Below, in pieces: positions 9,152 to 18,462 of a stretch of DNA of 64,000 bases. Each line of letters begins with the position of its first letter. Position 1 is the first letter of the stretch. The notes under the pieces were generated by a model. It was given only the letters and a program-made list of their open reading frames with translations. It searched no databases and was not told the DNA's origin. The stretch covers positions 256,001 to 320,000 of the forward strand of contig JAKFBS010000003.1 of assembly GCA_036677065.1 (NCBI GenBank), read 5' to 3'. This DNA comes from Bdellovibrio sp. Lineage in GTDB: Bacteria; Bdellovibrionota; Bdellovibrionia; Bdellovibrionales; Bdellovibrionaceae. The position numbers and the translations under genes were made by a program.

Positions 9152-10893
9152 AAATGAAAAGTATGAGAATTCCGATCTCGGCTAAAATTATTGGAATTAC
9201 AACCTTTATCATTTTAACTTCGATGGTGCTTGTGACCAAACAAAGTTCTGACTTCTTCAAAAAAGTTATGACCCAGCGTGAAGAGTTCTCGAATTTTACC
9301 GAAGCCTCTTTACGCGCGAAACAAGTGGATACGTTATTAGATGGCTCTTTAGATAAAGCAAAAAACTTAGCCCAAATTTTATTAAAAGAATCTTTTGAAG
9401 GCCTTGGAAATTACAAATTAGCTAAAGATAAAAGTTTAGTGGGTATTGAAATCTGGCAAGTCGTCGATGGCAAGCCGCAACTCTATGTCAAAAAAGTACA
9501 AGAAGACTTCTTAATTAAAAATAAACTAACACCAGAATTTATTGATCAGGTTCGCCAGAAAAAGCCATTTCCGGTGACATCAGTGATGCAAAAAAATATC
9601 GAATTGCAATTTGCCGAAGTTAATCCAAGCATTCGGGTGATTTCAATTGGTTTTCCTTTCGGGCGTGATGCACAAAATCAGGTAAACACCTTTGTCATTG
9701 CTGCTTATAACTCTGAAATGATTCAAAGTTTATTCTCGAACGACAGTGAACGTGAGTTTTTCTTAATTGATCGTAATGGGTTTTTATTAGCGCATCAAAA
9801 TGAAGAATTATTACGTCAGGCAAAAAATGTTAAAGGTGATGCCTTTGTTGAAAAAGCGCTGGCAGATTCTACGAATTCAAAACAGTTAACATTTAAAAAT
9901 GTAAAAGGTAATGCCTACATCGGGGCTTTCGTAAAAAGTAGTTTTTGGGGAACAGTTTTATTAGCGCAAACCCCACTTTCGATTGTGAACGAGCCAGCCC
10001 AGGCGGTACAACGTAAAGCGATCCTGATTTCTGGTATCGTGATGAGTGTCGCCTTGTTTGCGGTCTTCTTATTCTCGTTAACATTAAGTAAACCGATTGA
10101 AGTCTTAGCTGAATTAATCAAAGAAATTCCTAAAGGAAACTTTAATATTTCAGCCCGCAGCAAAGTTAAATCTCATGATGAAGTGGGAGACTTGGCCATT
10201 GCCTTTGATCACATGACCGAAGGTTTAAAAGAGCGTGATAAAGTGAAGAACTTATTTAATAAGTTCCACGGATCATCAGTGACTGAAAATCTATTACAAC
10301 AAGAAGTCAGCGTCGGCGGCACGCGCAAAGAGGTTACGGTTTTCTTTTCAGATATTCGTGGATTTACCAAGTTTTCAGAAGGCCATACACCAGAAGAAGT
10401 TGTATCGATGTTAAATGAATACTTTGAAGTGATGGTGGGTATTATCGGTCGTCATGGTGGTGTCGTGGATAAATTTATCGGTGATGCGATTATGGCCGTG
10501 TGGGGGGTGCCTGCAGGCACTGATCACGATACACTCAACGGATTAAAAGCCTGTTTAGAAATGCGTTCGGCTTTAGTGACTTTAAACGAATCACGTCGCC
10601 AGCGCAATTTAACTGAAATTCACATCGGTATGGGTTTACATGCGGGAACCGCGATTTCTGGCACTATCGGCTCAGAAGAGCGTATGGAGTTTACGGTGAT
10701 CGGTGATACGGTGAATGTGACTGCGCGTATCGAATCATCGACAAAACATTTTGAAGTCGATTTATTAGTGAGCGATGAAGTGTTCGCGCGTTTATCTAAA
10801 CCAGAACTGGATAATTTATTTAAATTTGATTTAGCCGGCGACATCGAAGTTAAAGGTAAGACCTTACCGTTAACATTATATAAAGTACTATAA
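9148..10893 (+). CDS. Class III adenylate cyclase, 2 TM + Cache-like sensor + HAMP
   Basis: FSDIRGFT, VVDKFIGDAIM and FTVIGDTVNVTARIES (Lys/Thr specificity pair, ATP-type); HAMP motif DEVGDLAIAFDHM; ATGA overlap with the upstream gene. Confidence 0.92.
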   Translation: MKMKSMRIPISAKIIGITTFIILTSMVLVTKQSSDFFKKVMTQREEFSNFTEASLRAKQVDTLLDGSLDKAKNLAQILLKESFEGLGNYKLAKDKSLVGIEIWQVVDGKPQLYVKKVQEDFLIKNKLTPEFIDQVRQKKPFPVTSVMQKNIELQFAEVNPSIRVISIGFPFGRDAQNQVNTFVIAAYNSEMIQSLFSNDSEREFFLIDRNGFLLAHQNEELLRQAKNVKGDAFVEKALADSTNSKQLTFKNVKGNAYIGAFVKSSFWGTVLLAQTPLSIVNEPAQAVQRKAILISGIVMSVALFAVFLFSLTLSKPIEVLAELIKEIPKGNFNISARSKVKSHDEVGDLAIAFDHMTEGLKERDKVKNLFNKFHGSSVTENLLQQEVSVGGTRKEVTVFFSDIRGFTKFSEGHTPEEVVSMLNEYFEVMVGIIGRHGGVVDKFIGDAIMAVWGVPAGTDHDTLNGLKACLEMRSALVTLNESRRQRNLTEIHIGMGLHAGTAISGTIGSEERMEFTVIGDTVNVTARIESSTKHFEVDLLVSDEVFARLSKPELDNLFKFDLAGDIEVKGKTLPLTLYKVL

Positions 10894-10923
10894 AAAAAAG
10901 GCCGGGGTAACCCAGCCTTTTTT
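10894..10923. terminator. Bidirectional intrinsic terminator
   Basis: A-tract-GGCCGGG-GTAA-CCCAGCC-T6 between convergent genes. Confidence 0.85.
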
Positions 10924-10946
10924 GTTTCAGATATGTTATCTAAAAA

Positions 10947-11738
10947 TTACTTAGCAGAAGCTAAATGTTTGTCGATAATTTCTTTGAATGCCGGAAACGG
11001 GTAAGCACCACGTAAAGAAACACCGTTAATGATGAATCCTGGAGTACCGCTCATGTTAAACTTTTTAGCTTCTTCCATGTCAGCATCAATACGTTTTTGA
11101 ATTTTTTCGTCTTTAAGAGCTACTTCAACTTTTTTAAGATCAGCGCCAACTTTTTTAGTTAGTTCTTTGAACCAAGCTTCGCCTTTATCTTTTAACATGC
11201 CTTGGTTTTCGAAAACCATGTCATGAAATTTTTCAGCTTTTTCTGGGCTTTGCTGAGCAATAGCTTCGAAATATTTTGCAGCTGGCATCGCTAAAGGATG
11301 GAAATCAAGTGGTAAGTGTTTGAAAACAACTCTTACTTTATCGCCGTATTCTTTACGAACTTGCTGAACAGTTTGGTAACCACGTGTGCAATATGGGCAT
11401 TGAAAATCAGAAAACTCAACGATAGTGATCGGAGCAGATTTATTTCCGAAAATTACGCGTGTTTCATCGATTTCTGGTTTTAACGGATTAGCGTACTCTT
11501 CATCACGTTGTTTTTTCTCTTCTTCTTGAGCTCTGTCGCCAGCAACTTTTTGAGCTTCTTGCTGAGCTTTCATCACTACTTCGATGAATTTATCTGGATG
11601 TTTTTCGATCGCGCTGAACACGATTGATGGGTCTTTTTCTACAGCTTCTTTTAATTGTTTAGCTGAAGGGGCGCATGCAGTGATAGCTAATACTACCGAA
11701 GCTGCTAAAGCTAGTTTCATTGACATAATAGTTTTCAA
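10947..11738 (-). CDS. DsbA-family thiol-disulfide oxidoreductase, lipoprotein
   Basis: EFSDFQCPYC and GTPGFIING motifs; lipobox ITAC. Likely TTG start at 11738, 6 nt after AAGGAG. Confidence 0.9.
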   Translation of the reverse strand: MKTIMSMKLALAASVVLAITACAPSAKQLKEAVEKDPSIVFSAIEKHPDKFIEVVMKAQQEAQKVAGDRAQEEEKKQRDEEYANPLKPEIDETRVIFGNKSAPITIVEFSDFQCPYCTRGYQTVQQVRKEYGDKVRVVFKHLPLDFHPLAMPAAKYFEAIAQQSPEKAEKFHDMVFENQGMLKDKGEAWFKELTKKVGADLKKVEVALKDEKIQKRIDADMEEAKKFNMSGTPGFIINGVSLRGAYPFPAFKEIIDKHLASAK

Positions 11739-11882
11739 GAGGTTCTCCTTAGTTTTGTTAGCCAAAACAGTGTGACATAGCGCCCTTAAAAAGCAACTAC
11801 GACCAAGGTCTGGCCCTTGACGGCGTGAGCTGTACTCTTTTTTTTTATTTTTCGGTATATTGAGTCAAAGGGAAGTTTATTT

Positions 11883-12545
11883 ATGCACAAAAATATCATC
11901 ATCGCAGCGGTTCTGGCTTTTGGCTTTTCAGCATGCTCAGGTAAGCCAACAAATTCTTCAGGTTCATCTTTTGCCATGGTTGAAACAATCCAAATCGAGC
12001 AAACTTACAAAACCTTAAAAATCTTAGACCTCGATCAAATGACAGACCTACTTTATGAAAAAGCCAACGATTATAAACGCAATAATCGTCTACAAGCTCT
12101 TCGTGAAGGCACAATGATCGCCTTTGCACGTCCAAATGAAGAAGTCATCTTAGATAAGATTCTGTCAATAGTGCGTAGCCCTTTAGAAGATGCTGATGAA
12201 TGGGAAGGCACCGTTGAACAAATGGTTGGCCAAGCTGTACAAACGATTAAAGACGGTAACGCTCAAGCCACTGATCAAGTAACAGCCTCTGTAGTTTTAG
12301 AAAACGTGCTTTCAGAGTTTAAACCAGCCTTTGTAAAACAGTACCAAGGTGGAGGTTTTGAAACCACAGTTATCGAACGCATCGCGGCTTCGGATTTACG
12401 CTTTTCGAAACAAGCCGAACAAGAAAAGAAATTAAATCAGATGAAGTCGGGTTTAACGCCGTCGCAACTGGCTCAAAAGCTAGTAGAGATAAAAAATAAA
12501 AAATTAGAAGAATTAAAAGAAGCCGAAGCTAAAAAGAAAAAATAA
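11883..12545 (+). CDS. Helical lipoprotein of unknown function
   Basis: 220 aa, lipobox FSAC, host-like codon use. Confidence 0.85.
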   Translation: MHKNIIIAAVLAFGFSACSGKPTNSSGSSFAMVETIQIEQTYKTLKILDLDQMTDLLYEKANDYKRNNRLQALREGTMIAFARPNEEVILDKILSIVRSPLEDADEWEGTVEQMVGQAVQTIKDGNAQATDQVTASVVLENVLSEFKPAFVKQYQGGGFETTVIERIAASDLRFSKQAEQEKKLNQMKSGLTPSQLAQKLVEIKNKKLEELKEAEAKKKK

Positions 12546-12566
12546 AAGAAGTAATTGAGTTAGAAC

Positions 12567-12593
12567 AAAAGGGCGCTGTAAGGCGCCTTTTTT
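12567..12593 (+). terminator. Intrinsic terminator (possibly bidirectional)
   Basis: AAAAG-GGCGC-loop-GCGCC-T6. Confidence 0.75.
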
Positions 12594-12597
12594 ATTA

Positions 12598-12636
12598 CTC
12601 ATGTTTTGGGTTTACATTGTAAACCCAAAACATGAG
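12598..12636. repeat. Perfect 39-bp palindrome (19-bp arms, 1-nt centre)
   Basis: CTCATGTTTTGGGTTTACA-T-TGTAAACCCAAAACATGAG. Confidence 0.95.
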
Positions 12637-12644
12637 CGCGCAAA

Positions 12645-12760
12645 AGGTCTAGTGATTTAATCGGCCGCTGCGCTAGTTGGCCTTCCTGGCCGGCCTATCT
12701 GACGGCTTCCTGCCGCCAGAGTGGAAGTTTTATTTTGTTTTTCGCTCTGACCATAGATCT
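12645..12760. other. Structured intergenic element with twin identical-loop hairpins (candidate sRNA or repeat)
   Basis: GGCC-TTCCT-GGCC and TCTGACGGC-TTCCT-GCCGCCAGA, plus a CAGAGTGGAAG/TTTTCGCTCTG stem. Confidence 0.5.
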
Positions 12761-12788
12761 AGTTTTTCTCAAACTGTCTCATCCTGAC

Positions 12789-12815
12789 TCAAGTTCCTCC
12801 GCAAACCTCCGATAA
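12789..12815 (+). promoter_or_regulatory. sigma28-type promoter
   Basis: TCAAGTT-N12-TCCGATAA (TCAA-N15). Confidence 0.75.
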
Positions 12816-12867
12816 GTTTCGTGTACATCACAGAAGATGCACACGAAGACTACCAGGAGGTTACATC

Positions 12868-13146
12868 ATGTTTATTCAAGGCGATTTACAAGCAGTATTT
12901 GATGCACTTTACACAATTGGCGCAATCGATCCTGTTTTACAAGCGGACTGGGAAAAGTTGAACTGCGAAATGAACTCTAATCCCAGAGTAGTCCACACAA
13001 TTTGCCACTCGATTAACTCTTGCTCTGGTGATCGTAAAAAAATTATCGAAACTTTATTAGGTATGGATCAAAAAGCCGTATCGTTTGTAGCGTTGGAGGT
13101 GGCTCGTGAGTTCAGTGAATTTCAAGACCGTAAAGAACTACACTAA
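12868..13146 (+). CDS. Small hypothetical protein
   Basis: 92 aa with a strong SD (AGGAGG) 7 nt upstream. Confidence 0.85.
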   Translation: MFIQGDLQAVFDALYTIGAIDPVLQADWEKLNCEMNSNPRVVHTICHSINSCSGDRKKIIETLLGMDQKAVSFVALEVAREFSEFQDRKELH

Positions 13147-13159
13147 TACATTTACATTT

Positions 13160-13771
13160 ATGAAAGCGTTTTTGTTTTCATTATTCTTTTTTGTGCAAGT
13201 GAAAGTTCACGCAGAATGGAATATCGATTTATCTCGCCGCCAAACTGATTTCACCCGTATTGAAAATCAAAGAATGCCTGCGACAACGAATATGGACACA
13301 ACATCGTCTGCAAAGAATGATGCTGATATTCTTGAAGCCTTAAAAAAAGTAGTAAACCCGGTTGAGCCTTCGCAAGAGATCGTGATCTTACAAACTGAAA
13401 AAGGCTTTGTTCCTGAAATGATTCACTTAAAAAAAGGTGATGTTTATAAAGTTCACGTGGTGAATTTAAATTTAAAAGAAAAAAACGTAAGCTTTGTGAT
13501 GGATGCCTTTTCGCAAACTCATAATACGGTTTACGGTTTAATGAAAACATTTACGATCCAACCAAAAATCGAAGGTGTTTACTCTTTCCAAAGCCCAGAA
13601 ACGGGATTTCTTGGTAAAGTGGTGATCACACCAGATACAGTTCGTAAAATAGCTTCTGAAAAAACTCCTGCGCAAAAAACTCAGGAAGAAGTAGAACATA
13701 AAATTAAAGCATCGACCCTCCCTACTGATCACAGTTTATTTAGCACTGAAACCGAAGAGTCTTTAAAATAA
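13160..13771 (+). CDS. Secreted cupredoxin-fold protein
   Basis: Signal peptide from ATG 13160; GFVPEMIHLKKGD...PKIEGVYSFQSPETGFLGKVVI cupredoxin-like strands. Confidence 0.7.
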   Translation: MKAFLFSLFFFVQVKVHAEWNIDLSRRQTDFTRIENQRMPATTNMDTTSSAKNDADILEALKKVVNPVEPSQEIVILQTEKGFVPEMIHLKKGDVYKVHVVNLNLKEKNVSFVMDAFSQTHNTVYGLMKTFTIQPKIEGVYSFQSPETGFLGKVVITPDTVRKIASEKTPAQKTQEEVEHKIKASTLPTDHSLFSTETEESLK

Positions 13772-13783
13772 GGATTAACGAAA

Positions 13784-14923
13784 ATGGCTTCTGACGGACA
13801 ATCAAATTTTAAAGAAGTTATCAAACGGGCATTAGGGCCCGTTGACGATTATTTAAATGACCCTGGCGTTTCAGAGGTTTTGATCAATGGTCCAGATCAA
13901 ATATTCGTCGAGCGTAAAGGTAAATTAGAATTAACCAACGCAAAATTTCCAGACGAAGATAATTTACAAGCAGCGATCAATACGATCGCTCAGTCAGTTG
14001 GACGCCGAATCAACAAAGAAGAACCACGTTTAGATGCACGTTTACCTTTAATCGAAGGTTACGCTGCCAGTGGTGCGCGTATTGCTGCGGTATTGCCGCC
14101 GATTTCTCGTCAAGGAACAGTGATTTCTATTCGTAAATTTACCGCAAGTAAAATCACACCCAATGATTATATTAAATATGGAACGATCTCGCCTGATGCG
14201 TGGCAGTTCATTGATTTATGTATGTTCTTAGGTAAAAACATTATCGTCAGCGGTGGTACCGGTTCTGGTAAAACCACGTTGTTATCATTAATGTGCTCGC
14301 GCATTCCTGAAGGCCAACGCGTATTAATCATCGAAGATTCATCAGAGTTACAAGTTGAGTATTCACACGTTATACGTTTTGAAACTCGCCAAGCCGATCT
14401 TGGTGGTAAAGGTGAAGTTACAATTAAAGATTTATTAAAATCAGCTCTACGTTTACGTCCTGACCGCATTATCGTGGGAGAGGTTCGTTCAAGTGAAGCT
14501 ATGGAATTAATTAATGCCATGAACACCGGTCATAAAGGTTCAATGGGCACAGTGCATGCGAATTCTCCTGAAGATGCGATCATTCGTTTAGAAGCGTTAG
14601 CGGCCAGCGGTGATGCAAAGCTTTCAGAAAAAGCATTAACCTCACAAGTCGCATCGGCAATTGAAATCATCGTGCAAATTTCACGTTACTCAGATGGCTC
14701 TCGTAAAATCGGAGCGATTTCTGAAGTTCGTGGTCTTGATGAAGATAATAAATATATCGTTGTGCCAATTTATGAAATTCAAAATCTACAAAGAGCCACA
14801 GACGGAAAACTTATTGGTGGCATTGAGCCTACTGGTAATGTGCCGTCGTTCTATCAGGAAATTATTGATAACAAGATTAACTTTCCGTTAGCGAAATTTC
14901 AGAAGATTAAAAAAGCCGGCTAA
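13784..14923 (+). CDS. tadA: TadA/CpaF-family secretion ATPase
   Basis: Walker A SGGTGSGKTT, IIEDSSEL, ALRLRPDRIIVGEVR and His box MNTGH...TVHAN. Confidence 0.92.
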   Translation: MASDGQSNFKEVIKRALGPVDDYLNDPGVSEVLINGPDQIFVERKGKLELTNAKFPDEDNLQAAINTIAQSVGRRINKEEPRLDARLPLIEGYAASGARIAAVLPPISRQGTVISIRKFTASKITPNDYIKYGTISPDAWQFIDLCMFLGKNIIVSGGTGSGKTTLLSLMCSRIPEGQRVLIIEDSSELQVEYSHVIRFETRQADLGGKGEVTIKDLLKSALRLRPDRIIVGEVRSSEAMELINAMNTGHKGSMGTVHANSPEDAIIRLEALAASGDAKLSEKALTSQVASAIEIIVQISRYSDGSRKIGAISEVRGLDEDNKYIVVPIYEIQNLQRATDGKLIGGIEPTGNVPSFYQEIIDNKINFPLAKFQKIKKAG

Positions 14924-15010
14924 GTCGTTTTGTCTCATTGTGAGATCAAAAATTAAAAATGATTATAAAATAACGATTAATGAGATAAGCTAAAATAGAC
15001 GCTGTTTCTT

Positions 15011-16480
15011 ATGGGGGGCCATTTGAAAGCAAGACTGTGGAAAATCCACTTAGTTATTCTATTTTTTTGTTCGGTATTATTCTTACTTTTTCAAAACTTA
15101 ACAACATACACTGCGCCCCAGCCGGTCTTAATTAGAGACCCGGTAAATTATGTGTCTGGAAAAAAATGTGCTTTGTATAGCGTAGCAGCGCAAAAACAAG
15201 CTATTAAGATTGCTGAAATATCATCACCAGAAGCGGTAAAGGATGAAGCTGGCTGCAAAAGCTATATCCAGAAGTATTATCTGAATATACCTAATTGTGG
15301 GTACAGCATCGGCATTAATCAAGCTATGGCAGTTTTTAAAGAAATCACAACGGTTGGTATTCTAGAAGCTGAAGGAACAGTTACAAAATTATCTATCGAA
15401 GATGACATCAACAACACGAAAATATTAGAGCCATCAACGAGTATGTTAATTATGGCTCCATCCAGTTGTTCTACACCCGAACAATACCGGGCAAGAGTTC
15501 GTGGAAAATCTAGAAGTATTGCCTGCAACTATGCTTTAAATTCAATTTGTGTAAGCCCAAATACACCACTTTTTTCTCAGGCTTCGGCGCAGTTAAGCAG
15601 CTATATCGCGCAAAAAACCGGAAATCCAAAGATTACCAGAGACATGGGTTGGTGTGCGCCAACGGCAACTGCGATGTCTATTTTAGGGCCGCTCAATGCG
15701 CAAGCCTATGAAGTGTATCAAGATTCGTATTTATGGAAAGAAAATATACCTGCATTTAGTCTGACAGCCATGAAATCGGCATCTATTGATCAACTGACAT
15801 CGACTTATGCCAATGTGATATATGACCTAGGGCAAACGATGGGAATCCGTTGGGCTGTAGGCGGTGCAGTTCCAGGAGTTGCGCTGAAAAAAATATTTCA
15901 GCGTATTGATCCGGCTATTCGCAATTTGAATAAAGATGCCTACAGGGGTGAAGTGTTAAGGGATTTCTTTTATTTAAGCGGAGCAAAGCAAACCCAAGAA
16001 AATTTAATCGCTAAACTTACAGCTGGACGCCAAAGTTCAGTGGTATCAACGTATGGCCATCGCAAAAAATGCAGCCATACAGCGACCGTGATTGGTGAGA
16101 CCGCGGCTACTAAAACGTATGAAGTTGTATTCAATTGCCAAAATAGTGAAAGATTTGCACCGAGTGGAAGCGGGCATGCGCTTAGTTTAAATGGCGTCGA
16201 AGATGGTTATCTTAAAATGTACGACCCTTGGGGACGCATTTATAATGTAGAACTGAAAGATGGCAAAGATTTTCCCGGCGTGCCAGACGGCCCTGTTATG
16301 ATTCATGCGGGCGGAGATGTTGGTTATGTAAGAAGTCTTGTGACACCGCCGACACGTAAAATGACTATTCTAAAAAGTGCTAATATAGATAGTTTCTTGA
16401 CGAATCTTTCGTACCAGTATGTGACTACAGGCTTGATCTACGGGTTTAACTTTTCTGTTCGCCATGAACTTAATCCATAA
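15011..16480 (+). CDS. Secreted papain-like (C39-like) cysteine peptidase
   Basis: N-terminal hydrophobic segment; Cys-His-Asp motifs GWCAPTATAM, GHALSLNG and MYDPWG. Confidence 0.7.
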   Translation: MGGHLKARLWKIHLVILFFCSVLFLLFQNLTTYTAPQPVLIRDPVNYVSGKKCALYSVAAQKQAIKIAEISSPEAVKDEAGCKSYIQKYYLNIPNCGYSIGINQAMAVFKEITTVGILEAEGTVTKLSIEDDINNTKILEPSTSMLIMAPSSCSTPEQYRARVRGKSRSIACNYALNSICVSPNTPLFSQASAQLSSYIAQKTGNPKITRDMGWCAPTATAMSILGPLNAQAYEVYQDSYLWKENIPAFSLTAMKSASIDQLTSTYANVIYDLGQTMGIRWAVGGAVPGVALKKIFQRIDPAIRNLNKDAYRGEVLRDFFYLSGAKQTQENLIAKLTAGRQSSVVSTYGHRKKCSHTATVIGETAATKTYEVVFNCQNSERFAPSGSGHALSLNGVEDGYLKMYDPWGRIYNVELKDGKDFPGVPDGPVMIHAGGDVGYVRSLVTPPTRKMTILKSANIDSFLTNLSYQYVTTGLIYGFNFSVRHELNP

Positions 16481-16499
16481 TTTTTAAGGAATAGCAGCT

Positions 16500-17273
16500 G
16501 TGAATAAAAAAATAATATTTTTTTCAGTCTTAGTAATTTTATTAGCTTACTTTGTAACTCAAGGGTTAAACGAAGACGAAAAAACCGAGACTACAAAAAG
16601 AGAAATCACTTCGATTGATAAAAGTTCAAAGGTAAAAAATGTTAAAGATGAACCTATGGTAAGTAATGAAAAAAGCAATTTCATTGGCGGCAGTCGTAAA
16701 ATGAGCCCTAATTCGTTCTATGCACAAAATGCTTATTTTAATACTTTAATGTCAGATCAAGCCGCTGAAAATTTATTTATCAAAACCGCAGATATTTTCA
16801 AAGACAGTCAAAATGCCGAAGATCTGGCGGCTTGGGTGGGTATCGGCTGGATCTTCGATTCGTCGCCTGAATACGGTATGATTTTGCAGCATTCGCTAAA
16901 AAAGATAAATGAAAATCCAGAGCTAAATTTTTCTTTGATAGAGCAAAAAATCAAAACTTTAAATTCAGAAGACAGTTTTATAAGAGGACAGTTGCTAAAT
17001 CTTGTAAATCAAATTGATGTAAAGAAAGAACAGAAAATTAAATTTTTTGGAAGTGAGTTATCAAGACCGGCAGTCGTAGATTCTGAAGGTAGATTTACAC
17101 CGGATTCTTTAAATATAACAACAGCATTAATCATGCTTAAAAATAACGGGGCCCAACGCGAAGACCTCACGCATTTTTTTAACGATAGTTTGAAAGTTAA
17201 TAATAATACGGTAGCTAGGAATAAACTCATTGCGCGTTTTAAGACGTATTTTCCTGATGAGTATACTGATTAG
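16500..17273 (+). CDS. Membrane-anchored hypothetical protein
   Basis: 257 aa with N-terminal TM, polar linker and helical domain; SD AAGGA; AT-rich. Confidence 0.8.
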   Translation: MNKKIIFFSVLVILLAYFVTQGLNEDEKTETTKREITSIDKSSKVKNVKDEPMVSNEKSNFIGGSRKMSPNSFYAQNAYFNTLMSDQAAENLFIKTADIFKDSQNAEDLAAWVGIGWIFDSSPEYGMILQHSLKKINENPELNFSLIEQKIKTLNSEDSFIRGQLLNLVNQIDVKKEQKIKFFGSELSRPAVVDSEGRFTPDSLNITTALIMLKNNGAQREDLTHFFNDSLKVNNNTVARNKLIARFKTYFPDEYTD

Positions 17274-17363
17274 TCGGCTAAAACCGTCTCAGTATAAAAC
17301 ATTTAGACAGTTTTAATGTTAAAAACCGTTTAAAATGCAGCTCGCGCTGGATAAGGCTTTGCT

Positions 17364-18371
17364 TTGATATCCAGAGTGAAAATAGCCTTACTTATTACCA
17401 CATTCTTAGTGTCAACAATCGCGCAGGCTTCGGATTGTACGCCAGTCACAAAGCGCTTTGCTGTTGATGCCACAGGTATCGATAAAACATCGTATCAACT
17501 GACGATGCATTCATGCCAATTAAATCAATCAGATGTAGTCAGTCTTCGTCGTTTCAAATTGCGCGGCGAAATGTATAACTTAATTGTTAGCAACAAAACT
17601 TTGCAAACGGCCATCATTCCAGAAAAATGTTTAAGTAGCTGTGACTCTTTTGATATAAATGCGCCATCAAAATATGCGTCGATCTTAACTGATGGCACGC
17701 GCGTACCATCACCAACAGCTGGTGCAGGAATTCAAAAAGCCAAAGACCCAGGGCCGAATGAAACTTATTTAACCATCGATCTTTGTCCTTCAAGTAAAAA
17801 ACTACAAACTGAAATCTTTGAGCGTATTCAAAGTGGTTACATGACCAATGTTCCGGTGACTTTAGCGGTTTCTGGTTTGTGGATAAAAAATCATCACGAT
17901 GAATTTGTTTATTTATTGAAATTACAAGATGAGAAAAAAATTAATATCACTTGGGCGAATCATTCATTAACTCATCCTTATGATAAAACAAAACCTATTG
18001 AAGAAAACTTTTTGTTATCACCTGGTGTTGATTTTCAACGCGAAGTTTTAGGAAACGAAATGGTGATGTTATCACAAGGTTTAGTGCCGTCGATCTTTTT
18101 TCGCTTTCCCGGTTTAATCTCAAGTGATTTGTTGATTAGCCAATTGAAATCTTGGGGGCTAATCCCGTTGGGTGCAAACGCCTGGCTTGGTAAAGGTCAG
18201 AAGATCAAAAATGGCTCTATCGTCCTAATTCATGGTAACGGTAACGAGTTGTCTGGCTTAGCTTTGCTTTATAAAGCCTTAGAAATTCAGCCACAAATCA
18301 ATGCAACTTGGACAAATTTGAACCAAGTTTATAACTCTGTAGCTGATAAGATGGAACCTTTGCCTAAATAG
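17364..18371 (+). CDS. Secreted polysaccharide deacetylase-like (NodB/CE4 fold) protein
   Basis: YLTIDLCPS, NHSLTHP, FFRFPG and IVLIHG correspond to CE4 motifs 1, 2, 3 and 5; signal peptide. Confidence 0.75.
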   Translation: MISRVKIALLITTFLVSTIAQASDCTPVTKRFAVDATGIDKTSYQLTMHSCQLNQSDVVSLRRFKLRGEMYNLIVSNKTLQTAIIPEKCLSSCDSFDINAPSKYASILTDGTRVPSPTAGAGIQKAKDPGPNETYLTIDLCPSSKKLQTEIFERIQSGYMTNVPVTLAVSGLWIKNHHDEFVYLLKLQDEKKINITWANHSLTHPYDKTKPIEENFLLSPGVDFQREVLGNEMVMLSQGLVPSIFFRFPGLISSDLLISQLKSWGLIPLGANAWLGKGQKIKNGSIVLIHGNGNELSGLALLYKALEIQPQINATWTNLNQVYNSVADKMEPLPK

Positions 18372-18462
18372 TGCTCTGTTGGAGTAAAAAAGCTAATATT
18401 TTCGCGCTTTTGCACTCTGTAAATGGTTGCCACTCTACAGAGTCAGAGGCTACCTTTTTCGA

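Noticed and set aside
14954..14979. Weak sigma28-like match TAAA-N14-AACGATTA (similar weak match at 22509-22534)
   Set aside because: Wrong spacer and a degenerate -10 box in AT-rich DNA.
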